Assembly (NCBI GenBank): GCA_963709585.1
Contig: CAVPXI010000016.1
Span: 32,001-96,000 of the forward strand
Direction: 5' to 3'
Source of the DNA: Candidatus Dormiibacterota bacterium
GTDB lineage: Bacteria > Chloroflexota > Dormibacteria > Aeolococcales > Aeolococcaceae
DNA length: 64,000 nt
Below are positions 9,529-19,586 of this stretch, in pieces. The notes beneath the pieces are model-generated. The model searched no databases. It saw only the letters and a program-made list of their open reading frames with translations, and was not told where the DNA came from. The translations under genes and the position numbers were made by a program. Each line of letters starts with the position of its first letter. The stretch's first letter is position 1.

Positions 9529-10475
9529 CTGTGCGGCCGGAGCCGTCGCTCGTGGACGCACAACGGACCTGGTCCTCGGATCCGCCGGCGTGGGACTGGA
9601 GCCGGGTGCAGCGAACCCGGTACCGAATTCAACAGCGCATCACGTACCGATATGACGGTCCCGTGCAATCGCTGCAGCAGCGACTCGTCGTCCAACCGCG
9701 GAGCGTGCACGGTGATCAGCGACGGATCAGTCGCCGCCTCAGTGTCCTGAATGCGATTCCTCGACGGATCGATGCGAGCGTGGACGTGTTCGGGAATACG
9801 GTCGTGACGTTGATCATTCCTCGGGTGGAGGAGGAGGTCACCTTCGTCACCTCGAGCGTTGTCGAGCGCGACGCGCAGCATGGTCCGCACCTGGAGCCGG
9901 CCGCGATGCTCGACGACCGCCGCCTGCTCGACGCCACGATGCTCACCGGCGCGGATCCCGCGATCGAGCTGCTCGCCGAGGAGCTGCGCACCAGCGGTCT
10001 GACCGGCGGCGCGCTCGCATCGGCCGCGAACGAATGCGTCCACAACCTCATGACCTACGAGCACGGCGCGACGTCGGTCGCCACCACGGCGGCCGAGGCC
10101 CTTGCCCGTCGTGCCGGCGTGTGCCAGGACTACGCGCATCTGCTGCTGGCGTTGACCCGCCGTCTCGGACTGGCGTCCAGGTACGTCTCGGGGCAGATGC
10201 TCGGATTCGGTGGGTCTCACGCCTGGGTCGAAGTCCTCGTGCCCGACGGCGCCGGCCGCGCTCGGGTGCTTTCGCTCGATCCCACGCACGGTCGTGCTAC
10301 GGGATACCAATACATCACGGTCGCCGTGGGTCGCGACTATGCGGACGTCGCACCGCTCTCCGGAACCTATCGCGCCCCATTCGCTGGATCGCTCATCACG
10401 ACCAAACGAGTGGTCATGACCGCGCTCGGCCCGAACGATTACGCCGACGCCACCGATGTACGCGCCGTCGCCTGA
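9525..10475 (+). CDS. Transglutaminase-like protein (N-terminal domain plus core)
   Basis: DVFGN, GVCQDYAH, SRYVSG, SHAWVE, LDPTH, GRDYADVAP; GTGA overlap with the previous gene. Confidence 0.9.
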   Translation: MTVRPEPSLVDAQRTWSSDPPAWDWSRVQRTRYRIQQRITYRYDGPVQSLQQRLVVQPRSVHGDQRRISRRLSVLNAIPRRIDASVDVFGNTVVTLIIPRVEEEVTFVTSSVVERDAQHGPHLEPAAMLDDRRLLDATMLTGADPAIELLAEELRTSGLTGGALASAANECVHNLMTYEHGATSVATTAAEALARRAGVCQDYAHLLLALTRRLGLASRYVSGQMLGFGGSHAWVEVLVPDGAGRARVLSLDPTHGRATGYQYITVAVGRDYADVAPLSGTYRAPFAGSLITTKRVVMTALGPNDYADATDVRAVA

Positions 10476-10502
10476 GCCCGTGCGCCCCCTCGCACTCGGG
10501 GC

Positions 10503-10829
10503 TTAGTCGCTCACCAGCTCGTAATAGGGATTCAGGATGGCGAGCTGGCGGCGCCAGAGTCCTACCATCCCTTCGACAAGCACGCTCGCGCCCAACTCGA
10601 TCCCCGGGATGCGCCGCCGCCCTGGAAAGACGAGGAGCAGACTCCCGGCCTCATCGCCGATCTCGCAGCCGAGGCTCGACCCCGTCTCCGTCTCCTGGAC
10701 CTTCAGGGCCCGGACCGTGCCGGTCGCCCGGATTCGGTTGCGCCACCTGGCCTGATTGATCGGCGCCGTCGCCGGCTCGGCCGGATCGGGTTCGCTGTCA
10801 TCCCACTCGGCAATCGCGCTCAGGGCCAT
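10503..10829 (-). CDS. OB-fold nucleic-acid-binding domain protein
   Basis: GGAG RBS before ATG 10829; DEAGSLLLVFPGRRRIPGI...LNPYYEL resembles actinobacterial small OB-fold proteins. Confidence 0.7.
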   Translation of the reverse strand: MALSAIAEWDDSEPDPAEPATAPINQARWRNRIRATGTVRALKVQETETGSSLGCEIGDEAGSLLLVFPGRRRIPGIELGASVLVEGMVGLWRRQLAILNPYYELVSD

Positions 10830-10963
10830 GTCAGTCGCTCCAGTGTCGATGTCGGGGAAGGCTGCGTACATGAGTGCCACCGTCAGTAACTGTGTCAGAT
10901 GCCATGGGGAGAAACTTCGTCCTTCGTGCACACATCTGCTTCACGACCGCTGTGCATCCGGCA

Positions 10964-12454
10964 TCAACTGGCGATCGGCTCGACGGTCGCGAGCTCCGGA
11001 AGAGACGGCTCGTTCTCGTTCTCGTTGTCGATCCGCGCGACATCACCACGGCGAACGGTGGTCACCAGGATCGCCGCGCCGGCCAGCATCAGAAAGGCGC
11101 CGACGAGGAACGCGACATGAAAGCCGGTGACCAGTGCGCTGACCCCGTCAGCCGGACTGGGCGAGTGACCGAGTCCCGCGAGGGTGCTCGCCGTGCTGTT
11201 CGCCGCAAGCGTCGACAGCACCGCCAAACCGATCGCCCCGCCGAGCTGCTGGGCCGTGTTGAGCAACCCCGATGCAAGCCCAGCATCCTCCGGGCCGACG
11301 TTGGTGGTCGCGATCAGCGTGATCGGCACGAAGGTGAGCCCCATGCCCACCGCCATGATCATGAGCCCAGGCAGCAGATCACCCAGATACGTTCCCGCCA
11401 CGGGGATTCTGCTCAGGAGGATGAGTCCGACTGCCGCGATAGACATGCCGGTGAGCCCCACCGCGCGAACTCCAACCCGGCGGATCAACTGCTGTGACAG
11501 TCCGGCGCCCGCGATGATGCCCGCTGTGACCGGGAGAAAGGCGAGCCCGGCACGCAGCGCGCTGTAACCGAGCACCTCCTGCACGTAGATCGAAGCGAAA
11601 TAGAACAGCGCGAACATGCCGCCGGCGACGAGCAACATCGCGGCGTTGGCTCCGGTGATGGAGCGCATCCGGAAGATGCCGAGCCGGATCAGCGGATGGC
11701 GGAGCCGCGATTCCAGCACCACGAACGTTCCGAGCAGGGCTGCGGCGAGGGCGCTGAGTCCCAACGTCTCAACGGACACCCACCCGGCTGTCTGGGCGTT
11801 GACGAGCGCATACACCAACACCACCAGCCCGGCGGTCACCGACACCGCACCAGCGATGTCGACACCGCCGCGGGCGTTCTCGACCCGGCTCTCGGGCACG
11901 AATCGCAGGGCCAGCGCGATGGCGACCACGCCGACCGGAACGTTCACGAAGAAGATCCACTGCCAGGAGAGCAGGCTGGTGAGCACGCCACCGAGCAGGA
12001 GGCCGACCGCCCCGCCGCCCACCGCGACCGCGCTCCACACCCCAAGCGCGGTCGTCCGCTCCCGGCCCTCGGCAAACGTCGTGGTCAGCACTGAGAGGGC
12101 CGCCGGCGTGACCAGCGCACCGCCCAGGCCTTGGAGAGCACGCCCGGCCACGAGGATCCCGGCGGAACCCGCGAGCCCGTTCATCAGCGAGGCGGCGGAG
12201 AACAGGACGATCCCAAGAAGGAACAGGCGGCGGCGACCGAGCAGGTCGGCGGCGCGACCGCCGAGCATCAGAAATCCACCGAACGCGAGCGTGTAGGCAT
12301 TCACGATCCATTGCAGGCTCGACGGCGAGAAGTGAAGCCCCCGCTGAATCGAGGGGAGCGCGACGTTCACGATGGTGGCGTCGAGGATCACCATGAACTG
12401 GGCCAGGCCGACGATGACGAGGACGAGCCAGGGGTTGACGCGTCGTGGTTGCAT
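10964..12454 (-). CDS. MFS transporter, DHA2 (EmrB/QacA) family
   Basis: LDATIVNVALP, WIVNAY, GRAADLLGRRR, WIFFVNVPVG; about 14 TM segments. Confidence 0.93.
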   Translation of the reverse strand: MQPRRVNPWLVLVIVGLAQFMVILDATIVNVALPSIQRGLHFSPSSLQWIVNAYTLAFGGFLMLGGRAADLLGRRRLFLLGIVLFSAASLMNGLAGSAGILVAGRALQGLGGALVTPAALSVLTTTFAEGRERTTALGVWSAVAVGGGAVGLLLGGVLTSLLSWQWIFFVNVPVGVVAIALALRFVPESRVENARGGVDIAGAVSVTAGLVVLVYALVNAQTAGWVSVETLGLSALAAALLGTFVVLESRLRHPLIRLGIFRMRSITGANAAMLLVAGGMFALFYFASIYVQEVLGYSALRAGLAFLPVTAGIIAGAGLSQQLIRRVGVRAVGLTGMSIAAVGLILLSRIPVAGTYLGDLLPGLMIMAVGMGLTFVPITLIATTNVGPEDAGLASGLLNTAQQLGGAIGLAVLSTLAANSTASTLAGLGHSPSPADGVSALVTGFHVAFLVGAFLMLAGAAILVTTVRRGDVARIDNENENEPSLPELATVEPIAS

Positions 12455-12482
12455 GGCTTTCGTCCTCCGTTTGCGGTAGAAT

Positions 12483-12538
12483 CGGAGCGTGGGCTCCGGT
12501 TATGGGGTACTATACGGAACGATGGTTCCGTTTGTCAA
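12483..12538. promoter_or_regulatory. Two TetR operator palindromes and a sigma70-type promoter for the MFS gene
   Basis: CGGAGC-GTGG-GCTCCG (12483-12498) and ACGGAAC-GATG-GTTCCGT (12514-12531); minus-strand TTGACA (12538-12533), 18 nt spacer, TATAGT (12514-12509). Confidence 0.75.
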
Positions 12539-12556
12539 CCGTAGTCAGGACGACCG

Positions 12557-13225
12557 ATGAGCATGGGGATGACCGGGGGAGAGGAGCTCGAGGCCGAGCC
12601 TCGTGCAACTGAACGGCACCTGCGCGCCGATGCGCAGCGCAACCGGGAGCGCATCCTGGAGGCGGCCACCACCTTGATGGCCACCCAAGGCATTGACGTC
12701 CCCATCGACGAGATCGCCCGGCTTGCTCAGGTCGGCGTCGGCACCCTGTATCGCAACTTCCCGACCAAGGGAGCGCTGTTCGAGGCGCTGCTCATGGCTC
12801 GGATCAGCCCGCTCGTCGCCGCGGCTCGGTCAGCCGCGGACTCGGATGACCCCGGCGACGCCTTCGTCACCTTCGTCCGCGAGTTGTGCGACGAATTCGC
12901 GGACTTCAAGGCGCTCGCCGACGCGATGGCCGCGTCGGGCGTCGATCTCACCGCCACCAAGCACGAGATCTCGGGCGATCTGATCGCCGCTGTCTCAACG
13001 CTCCTCCAGCGGGCTCAGGAGGCCGGGCGGATCCGGCCCGACGTGAACATCACGGATGTTTCAGCGATGATGGCCGGTCTCAGTCACGCCGATCCGTCGT
13101 TCATGGATCCATCGCAGCGGAAGCGCTGTGTGGCGCTGGTCTGCGACTCGCTCCTCGTCGATGCGCGCAGCGTGCTGCCGCACTGCGGACTGGCGGCGTC
13201 CTCGCCGCATCCCACCGCGCGCTGA
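12557..13225 (+). CDS. TetR/AcrR family regulator
   Basis: LRADAQRNRERIL...IARLAQVGVGTLYRNFPTK; divergent from the MFS gene. Confidence 0.93.
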   Translation: MSMGMTGGEELEAEPRATERHLRADAQRNRERILEAATTLMATQGIDVPIDEIARLAQVGVGTLYRNFPTKGALFEALLMARISPLVAAARSAADSDDPGDAFVTFVRELCDEFADFKALADAMAASGVDLTATKHEISGDLIAAVSTLLQRAQEAGRIRPDVNITDVSAMMAGLSHADPSFMDPSQRKRCVALVCDSLLVDARSVLPHCGLAASSPHPTAR

Positions 13226-13236
13226 CTCGGACCGCT

Positions 13237-13464
13237 TCAGGACTGGGGATCACTCCGTCTGAGCTCCCAGGCGAGACGGTCGATGGCACGATGCTTGCCG
13301 ATCGGGATCTGCAGGGATCGGTACCCGCCGGCCGACCGAACCTTGATGTCGATGAGCCATGTGCCGCGTTCCCCGCGCGAGAGCAACACATCGTCGGCTC
13401 GCATCACTGCTTGTCCGGTTGGGGGCGCTTCGACGACCGCTCGCGGTGTGCGGCGTTTCGCCAT
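13237..13464 (-). CDS. Hypothetical 75-aa protein at the end of the glpABC operon
   Basis: ATG 2 nt after the glpC stop; MAKRRTPRAVVEAPP...WLIDIKVRSAGGYRSLQIPIGK... Confidence 0.5.
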   Translation of the reverse strand: MAKRRTPRAVVEAPPTGQAVMRADDVLLSRGERGTWLIDIKVRSAGGYRSLQIPIGKHRAIDRLAWELRRSDPQS

Positions 13465-13466
13465 GA

Positions 13467-14729
13467 TCACCCGGCCACGCGTACGGACCCTGTCTCGGCG
13501 GTGACCAGGGCGGCCTGATTCCCACGGTCGAGCCCATACGCGCGATAGAGCAGCTCGACCGGATGCACCGCGGTCACACCGGTGCCGTGCGCGATCTGCC
13601 AGCGGCATGTCTCGCTGTCGCAGGCGGCAAGCTCGGATCCGCTGGCAGTGATGTCGTCGAAGAGCCGTTTGCCGACCGTCATCGAGATCTCGTACTTCTC
13701 CTTCTTGAGCCCATAGGTCCCGGCGATACCGCAGCAGTCGGCATCGAGCTCGATCATGTGGAGGTCCGGGACGAGCGCAAGCAGATCGAGCGCAGGCTTG
13801 CCGATACCATGGCCTCGCTGTTGACATGGCGCGTGGTAGGGGACCGTCAGGGGCAGCGATCCGAAGTCGGTGCGCAATGCTCCGCGCTCGTGGAGACCGA
13901 GGAGGAATTCGCAGAGGTCGTACATCAACTCGCTGACGACCTTGAGATCGTCGTCCTCGATACCCAGGATCTCGTGGGCCTCGCGCTTCACCATCAGCCC
14001 GCAGCTCGTCGAGTTCGCGACGATCGGCAGTCCCGCGCGCGCTTGCGGGGCGAGACGAGCGACCAGGCGTCGCACGTAGGCGCGCGCCGCCGGGAAGTTT
14101 CCGTTCGACTGGAGGGGAAGGCCGCAGCAGTCCTGCCGCGGGACGATCACCCGAAACCCGTTGTGTTCCAGGACGGCGACGACCATCTCGCCGAGGCGCG
14201 GTTCGTAGTAGTTGGTCCCGCAGCCGTGGAAATAAACGACCGCGGGCGCTTCGGGCGGGCCGTGATGACCGCGTGACCGCGTCTGAAACGTCCTCCCCGC
14301 GAAGCTCGGCATCGGAGCGTCGCGGTGGATGCCGACGACGCTCTGCACCATCGCGCGGACGGCGCGATTGTGCAGCGCCCAGTTTGCCAGCGGGGCAACC
14401 GGGGTCCCCAGCCGTCCGATCACCGTTGGGCGGGCGATCAGCTGATTGCGGAGTGGAATGCCCCGCTTTTCCCACAGTTTCGCTCGCGCACGCGAGTTGA
14501 TCTCCGCGATCTTCACGTCCTGGGGGCAGACCTGCGTGCAGATCCCGCACCCCGAGCAGTAGTCGACGGAGGCATCGGACGATGGTCCGGCGCCTCGATA
14601 CCGCTCCGCCTGGGGACCGACGTACTTCGGCCCCGGGAACAGTGGCGTGGCCTGGGAAACCGGGCAGTACGTCTCGCAGATCGTGCATTTGACGCAGTGA
14701 TCGAGCGAATCGCGGATGAGATCGTTCAC
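13467..14729 (-). CDS. glpC: Anaerobic glycerol-3-phosphate dehydrogenase subunit C
   Basis: CVKCTICETYCP and CSGCGICTQVCP ferredoxin motifs, two CCG domains; GTGA overlap with glpB. Confidence 0.93.
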   Translation of the reverse strand: MNDLIRDSLDHCVKCTICETYCPVSQATPLFPGPKYVGPQAERYRGAGPSSDASVDYCSGCGICTQVCPQDVKIAEINSRARAKLWEKRGIPLRNQLIARPTVIGRLGTPVAPLANWALHNRAVRAMVQSVVGIHRDAPMPSFAGRTFQTRSRGHHGPPEAPAVVYFHGCGTNYYEPRLGEMVVAVLEHNGFRVIVPRQDCCGLPLQSNGNFPAARAYVRRLVARLAPQARAGLPIVANSTSCGLMVKREAHEILGIEDDDLKVVSELMYDLCEFLLGLHERGALRTDFGSLPLTVPYHAPCQQRGHGIGKPALDLLALVPDLHMIELDADCCGIAGTYGLKKEKYEISMTVGKRLFDDITASGSELAACDSETCRWQIAHGTGVTAVHPVELLYRAYGLDRGNQAALVTAETGSVRVAG

Positions 14730-16009
14730 CGAACCGCACCCGAGACGGCATGCGATTGGGGCGCGAGGATGGCTTCCGCGGCGGCATACCCGGTGGCGAC
14801 GCTGATCCCGGTGCCCGACTTCTCCCGCCATGGAACCGCCCCGCCGAGAATCGCACCGACCGCGTACAGGTTGGTGTAGACGGGGTCCCCGCTGCGGTCG
14901 ATCGGCCGCATGCGGTCGTCCGTGGCCACGCCGGCTTGAGCAAGCGGTTGCGCGTCGAAGTACCCCGGGGCGAAGCGGACACGAACGCCTTCCGGGACGC
15001 CGATCAGGGGAAGGTCGAACACCGTCTCACGCGTCGCTCCAAATGAATCGAGCTCCAGACCGCCACTCGCGAATCCTCCGGAGGCGAGCACGACAGACCC
15101 TGTGGAATGCGACGTCGTGCCGTTGGCGTTGGCCACTGAAACCGCCCCGATGCGTCCGTTGTCCGCGCGGGCGCCGACGGCGCGGACACCCAGCACGATG
15201 CGAGTACCGCCGGCCCGGAGTGCGTCGGTCAGCGCGTCTGATAGGCGGATACCGGGTATCGACGGTGGCAATGTCGGGACCTCGAATACCTTTCGATCCA
15301 GTCGCTTCTCGAGCTCCTGCCATGTCTCCTCGGCCCTGCGCAGTCCGAGCACCGCCGGCACGCCGATGCGCTCGTCCGGATCGACTCGATGCTCGAGTGC
15401 GGCGACCAGCCAGTCGCTCAGGTTTTCGGTGTCGAAGCGTCCGGCGAGGACGCGGGCGCTGAGGTCCCCGCTGCGTCCTCCGGGGGGTTGGAGTTCAAGC
15501 GCGCGAGCGGTGATCTGCACGGGAAGGCGAGCCCGGATCACGTTGGCGGCGATCAGCGTGGGGTGGAAGTCCTTGAAACCCCTGAACGCGACGAACACGA
15601 AGCGACCTCCGGCGCGGAGGTCGCCGTTGGACATGGTTCGTGGCGCAAGTGCCGACGGCTTGGCCACGCCGAGCGCGGTTGGCAGCAGCATGTTCTCGGC
15701 GAGTGTGCCCACGTAGCCCGACGCGCCTGCGCGCGCGCCGAACCACGCCAACGCGGTCGCAAGCTGTTCAGCCGAGACGTGTCTGTAGGGATGATCGGGC
15801 GAGCTTGCGAGCAGCGCCGGCAGCGACGCGACCGGACTCTCGACCCGCGCATCGCCGAGATAGCCGAGCACGTCGACCGTCGCCGGAGCGAGATGAGTCG
15901 CACCCACTCCTCGGGCGACGATCAGCACGCGCTGTCCCTGCTCGGTGAGCCGGAGCGCGGTCGTCAGCCCAGCGAGGCCGGTGCCGATGACGACCGTGTC
16001 GTAGCTCAT
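14726..16009 (-). CDS. glpB: Anaerobic glycerol-3-phosphate dehydrogenase subunit B
   Basis: YDTVVIGTGLAG FAD motif, EVPTLPPSIPGIRL, EKSGTGISVATG; ATGA overlap with glpA. Confidence 0.92.
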   Translation of the reverse strand: MSYDTVVIGTGLAGLTTALRLTEQGQRVLIVARGVGATHLAPATVDVLGYLGDARVESPVASLPALLASSPDHPYRHVSAEQLATALAWFGARAGASGYVGTLAENMLLPTALGVAKPSALAPRTMSNGDLRAGGRFVFVAFRGFKDFHPTLIAANVIRARLPVQITARALELQPPGGRSGDLSARVLAGRFDTENLSDWLVAALEHRVDPDERIGVPAVLGLRRAEETWQELEKRLDRKVFEVPTLPPSIPGIRLSDALTDALRAGGTRIVLGVRAVGARADNGRIGAVSVANANGTTSHSTGSVVLASGGFASGGLELDSFGATRETVFDLPLIGVPEGVRVRFAPGYFDAQPLAQAGVATDDRMRPIDRSGDPVYTNLYAVGAILGGAVPWREKSGTGISVATGYAAAEAILAPQSHAVSGAVR

Positions 16010-17577
16010 GCCGGCAGATGCTCCACGTCGAGAATGCCCTGAAAGATCCAGTCGTCCAGGCGCGCCTGTCGAAGCTGGTCGCCGTGGAGGATGGGGTGAA
16101 TTCCCTTCCACCGCTCCTCGAGGAAGTCGAGCAGCGTCCGATTTGCACCTGCCTCGTCGACAGTCCCGCCCTGGTGCAGGATGCCGGTGGCGCGATAGAT
16201 GCAGAACCCACCCTGACAGGGCCCCATCGCCAGTCTCAGCAGACGGCGAATGTCGTCGAGGCTCGTGGTGTCGCGTTGCTTGATCGCGTCCTCGAGGCGA
16301 GCTCTGGTGATCAACTCGCACTCGCAGATGATCTCCTCGGCCTGAGGGACGGGCTCGCGCGCGGCCAGGCGGTGGCCGATCTGGTACAGCGCGTGACTCT
16401 CGGAACCCGCGAGCGGCACCTCAGCTGTCGTGCACGCACGGGGCCCGCCGAGCTGCTGACACGCGGCGTCGACAGCAGCCTCCGCCATCAGCCGGAACGT
16501 CGTCGTCTTCCCGCCGGTGATGGTGAGGAAGCCCGCGACGCCTTCGCGCGACGAGTGATCGAGGAGCGCATGCGAGCGGGTCACGTCTCGCGTTTCCGCG
16601 ACCTTCGCGGTGTCCTCGAACAGCGGGCGGACACCGGCCCACGCATGCAGGGCTCGAGCCTGGCGAAATCCGGGCACGAGCTTCTCTCCCTCGTCGAGGA
16701 GAAGGTCGATATCGGCCTGACGGATCTCGGTCTCGTCGGGATCGGGGACGAACACGTCGGTGGTGCCGATCACACACGCGGTGCGGAGCGGCAGGAGGAT
16801 GTCACCGTCCGCCGGTCGCTTGCATCGATTGACACACATGTGGACGAGCCGGTGGTTCATCGCGATCATCAGTCCCATCCCGGCCCGTACGTTGACCGTG
16901 CAATGTGCCAGCTCCGCGATCTGCCCGGCCCAGGCGCCCGCCGCGTTGATGACAACAGTGGCGTGAATGCGGAATTCCTCGCCACTGCGCTCGCTGCGAA
17001 CGTGGGCTCCCACGACCCGGTCGCCATCGACCTCGAGGTCGAGAACACGGTGATACGGAAGGATGCGCGCCCCGCGGTCCTCCGCCGACCGAGCGCAACC
17101 CCAGACCAGCTTCCAGGGGTCCAGCGAAGCGTCCGGAACCAGGAACGCACGCCGGATGTCGGGGTTGACGCGTGGCTCCATGCGGAGCGCCTCCGCAACA
17201 GGGATCTCCTCAGCTGGAACGCCGGTCGCCCTGCAGCCCTCGAGGAACAGGTCGCCGTACTCCGGGTCGTCCAATGGGGTGGCCACGAACATGCCACCTG
17301 TGTCCTCAACGCAGTCCGCTGCTGTGACACGGAGAATCCGGTTCTCGGCGATGCACTCGCGCGCGGCTGAAGGGTCTTTGACCGCGTAGCGACCGCCGGA
17401 GTGGAGCAGGCCGTGAAATCGACCCGTGGTTCCGTCGGCGAGATCTCGCCGCTCCACAAGGATGGTCGAGAAGCCACGCAACGCGGCGTCCCGCGCAACG
17501 CCGGCACCCGTCGAGCCTCCCCCGATGACCAGGACGTCAGCCTCGAGCGATGTCGTCGACGAGTTCTGCGTTGCCAT
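16006..17577 (-). CDS. glpA: Anaerobic glycerol-3-phosphate dehydrogenase subunit A
   Basis: VIGGGSTG, GTTGRFHGLLHSGGRYAV, ICECE...MGPCQGGFC [2Fe-2S] C-terminal domain. Confidence 0.94.
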   Translation of the reverse strand: MATQNSSTTSLEADVLVIGGGSTGAGVARDAALRGFSTILVERRDLADGTTGRFHGLLHSGGRYAVKDPSAARECIAENRILRVTAADCVEDTGGMFVATPLDDPEYGDLFLEGCRATGVPAEEIPVAEALRMEPRVNPDIRRAFLVPDASLDPWKLVWGCARSAEDRGARILPYHRVLDLEVDGDRVVGAHVRSERSGEEFRIHATVVINAAGAWAGQIAELAHCTVNVRAGMGLMIAMNHRLVHMCVNRCKRPADGDILLPLRTACVIGTTDVFVPDPDETEIRQADIDLLLDEGEKLVPGFRQARALHAWAGVRPLFEDTAKVAETRDVTRSHALLDHSSREGVAGFLTITGGKTTTFRLMAEAAVDAACQQLGGPRACTTAEVPLAGSESHALYQIGHRLAAREPVPQAEEIICECELITRARLEDAIKQRDTTSLDDIRRLLRLAMGPCQGGFCIYRATGILHQGGTVDEAGANRTLLDFLEERWKGIHPILHGDQLRQARLDDWIFQGILDVEHLPA

Positions 17578-17637
17578 TGGCACTAAGCGTATCGAGTCGG
17601 CGGCGCCGATCCCTCCACCACTCGGGACGTCCCCGAT

Positions 17638-17913
17638 CTAGGACGGATGCGAGTCCTCCTCCTCCTGGCCCTCAGCAAAGTCGCCCTTGTTCTCCGGAAG
17701 CTCGGGGTGGTGATCGACCTCCTCCTGGCCTTCCGCGAAGCTGCCCTCGTGAACGGGCTTGGCGGCCTCCTCGCCCGTGGCGAAGTCGCCCTCCTCCTCC
17801 TCGCGCTCAGGGTGATGCTCCATCGTCTCCTCGCCGGTGGCGAAGGAGCCCTGATGCCCGTGCTCGTGCTCGTCCGCGGCGGGGACGCCTTCAGGCTCCT
17901 GACCCTCGCTCAT
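17638..17913 (-). CDS. 91-aa acidic His/Glu-rich protein with four G[SD]FA[TE]G[EQ]E repeats
   Basis: Strong GAAAGGAGG RBS; MSEGQEPEGVPAADEHEHGHQGSFATGEETMEHHPEREEEEGDFATGEEAAKPVHEGSFAEGQEEVDHHPELPENKGDFAEGQEEEDSHPS. Confidence 0.8.
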   Translation of the reverse strand: MSEGQEPEGVPAADEHEHGHQGSFATGEETMEHHPEREEEEGDFATGEEAAKPVHEGSFAEGQEEVDHHPELPENKGDFAEGQEEEDSHPS

Positions 17914-17960
17914 GGTGGACCTCCTTTCAGCCTGGCTCTCGCCAGTTCGGTCGCTGGCAG

Positions 17961-18015
17961 CCTCCGGGGACCCCGGTCGACGCCCACGATGACGCCGCCG
18001 GGGTTCCCGCGGAGG
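17961..18015 (-). terminator. GC-rich imperfect hairpin downstream of glpK (terminator or mRNA-stabilising stem)
   Basis: CCTCCGGGGACCCCGG...CCGGGGTTCCCGCGGAGG inverted repeat about 22 nt after the glpK stop; no clear U-tract. Confidence 0.45.
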
Positions 18016-18037
18016 ACCAAATTTCAGTCTGCTCCAG

Positions 18038-19529
18038 TCACTCGGCCCAGTCGAAGGTCCGCGTGACAGCCTTCTTCCAGAGCGCGTACTCGCGGTCCAC
18101 ATCGGCCTTGTTCATGCTCGGGGTCCATTCCTTGTCCTTGCCCCAGTTCTCGCGGAGGTCTTCGACCTGCGCCCAGAATCCGACCGCGAGCCCTGCGGCG
18201 TATGCGGCACCGAGCGACGTGGTCTCGGCGACGGTCGGACGTACCACCGGCACGCCGAGCACGTCGGACTGGAACTGCATCAGCGTGTCGTTGAACACCA
18301 TGCCGCCGTCGACCTTGAGCGAGGTCAGCGCGACCCCGGAATCGGCGTTCATGGCGTCGACGATCTCACGCGTCTGCCACGCCGTCGCCTCGAGCGCGGC
18401 GCGGGCTATATGGCCCTTGTTGACGTAGCGCGTCAGGCCTGCGATGACGCCGCGAGCACTGGACTTCCAGTACGGAGCGTAGAGGCCTGAGAACGCCGGC
18501 ACGAAGTACGCGCCGCCGTTGTCATCAACTGTCTTGGCGAGCACCTCGATGTCCGAAGACTTCTCGATCATGCCCAGGTTGTCGCGCAGCCACTGGACCA
18601 GGGCGCCGGTGATCGCGATGGAACCCTCGAGGCAGTATGTGGCGTCGGCGCTGCCCATCTTGTACGCCAGCGTTGTGAGCAGGCCGTTCTTCGACTGGAC
18701 TGGCTTGGTGCCCGTGTTGAGGAGCAGGAAGTTCCCGGTCCCATATGTGTTTTTCGCCTCGCCGACCGCAAAGCAGGTCTGCCCGAACAGGGCTGCCTGC
18801 TGATCGCCGAGGTCACCCGCGACCGGTATTCCGGCAAGCACGCCCTTGGCCTCCCCATAGGTCTCGCTCGACGCCCGAATCGCTGGGAGCATGGACCTGG
18901 GAATGGTCATCGTGGCCAGGATCTCATCGTCCCAATCGAGCGTGTTGAGATTCATGAGCATGGTCCGGCTTGCGTTGGTCACGTCGGTGACGTGCTTGCC
19001 ACCGTCGGTCCCTCCGGTGAGCAGCCAGATCAGCCATGCGTCGATGTTGCCGAAGGCGAGCTCGCCACGCTCCGCCTTGGCCCTCGCTCCGTCGACGTTA
19101 TCCAGGATCCACTTGACCTTTGGACCCGAGAAGTAGGTTGCCAGCGGCAGGCCCACCTTCGCGCGAAAGCGGTCCTGGCCACCGTCCGCGGACAGCTGGT
19201 CGACGATCTTGTCGGTGCGCGTGTCCTGCCAGACGATCGCGTTGTAGACAGGCTTACCGGTGCCACGGTCCCAGACGACCGTTGTCTCACGCTGATTGGT
19301 GATTCCGACGGCCGCGATATCACCGATATCCACCTTGCCGAGGCCGGCTTTTCACGACCTCCTGGGTCCGGTCCCAGATTTCGAGCGGGTTGTGCTCGAC
19401 CCAGCCCGGCTTGGGGAAGATCTGCTCGTGTTCCTTCTGATCGACAGAGACGACCTTGCCGCTGTGGTCGAACACCATGAAGCGCGTGCTCGTGGTGCCC
19501 TGATCGATAGCTGCTGCGTATTTCGCCAT
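18038..19529 (-). CDS. glpK: Glycerol kinase (copy 1, frameshifted at ~19350)
   Basis: [12 protein letters not shown]-terminus in one frame; [26 protein letters not shown] in the next. Removing one A of GTGAAAAGCC gives [13 protein letters not shown]. Confidence 0.93.
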
Positions 19530-19586
19530 TCTTAATCCCTTTCGCCCGTATGGCGTTCAGAGTCGCTCAGCGCCTAGCGACATGTC

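Noticed and set aside
13237-14982. 581-aa minus-strand ORF overlapping glpC
   Set aside because: Arg/Pro-rich off-frame read of glpB/glpC; only the last 75 codons (from ATG 13464) are plausible as a gene
17660-17860. Repeated DNA units (GGCGAAG...CCCTC) that could suggest a CRISPR or tandem array
   Set aside because: Repeats are short, degenerate at third codon positions and in frame; they are explained by the protein repeat, with no unique spacers or cas genes
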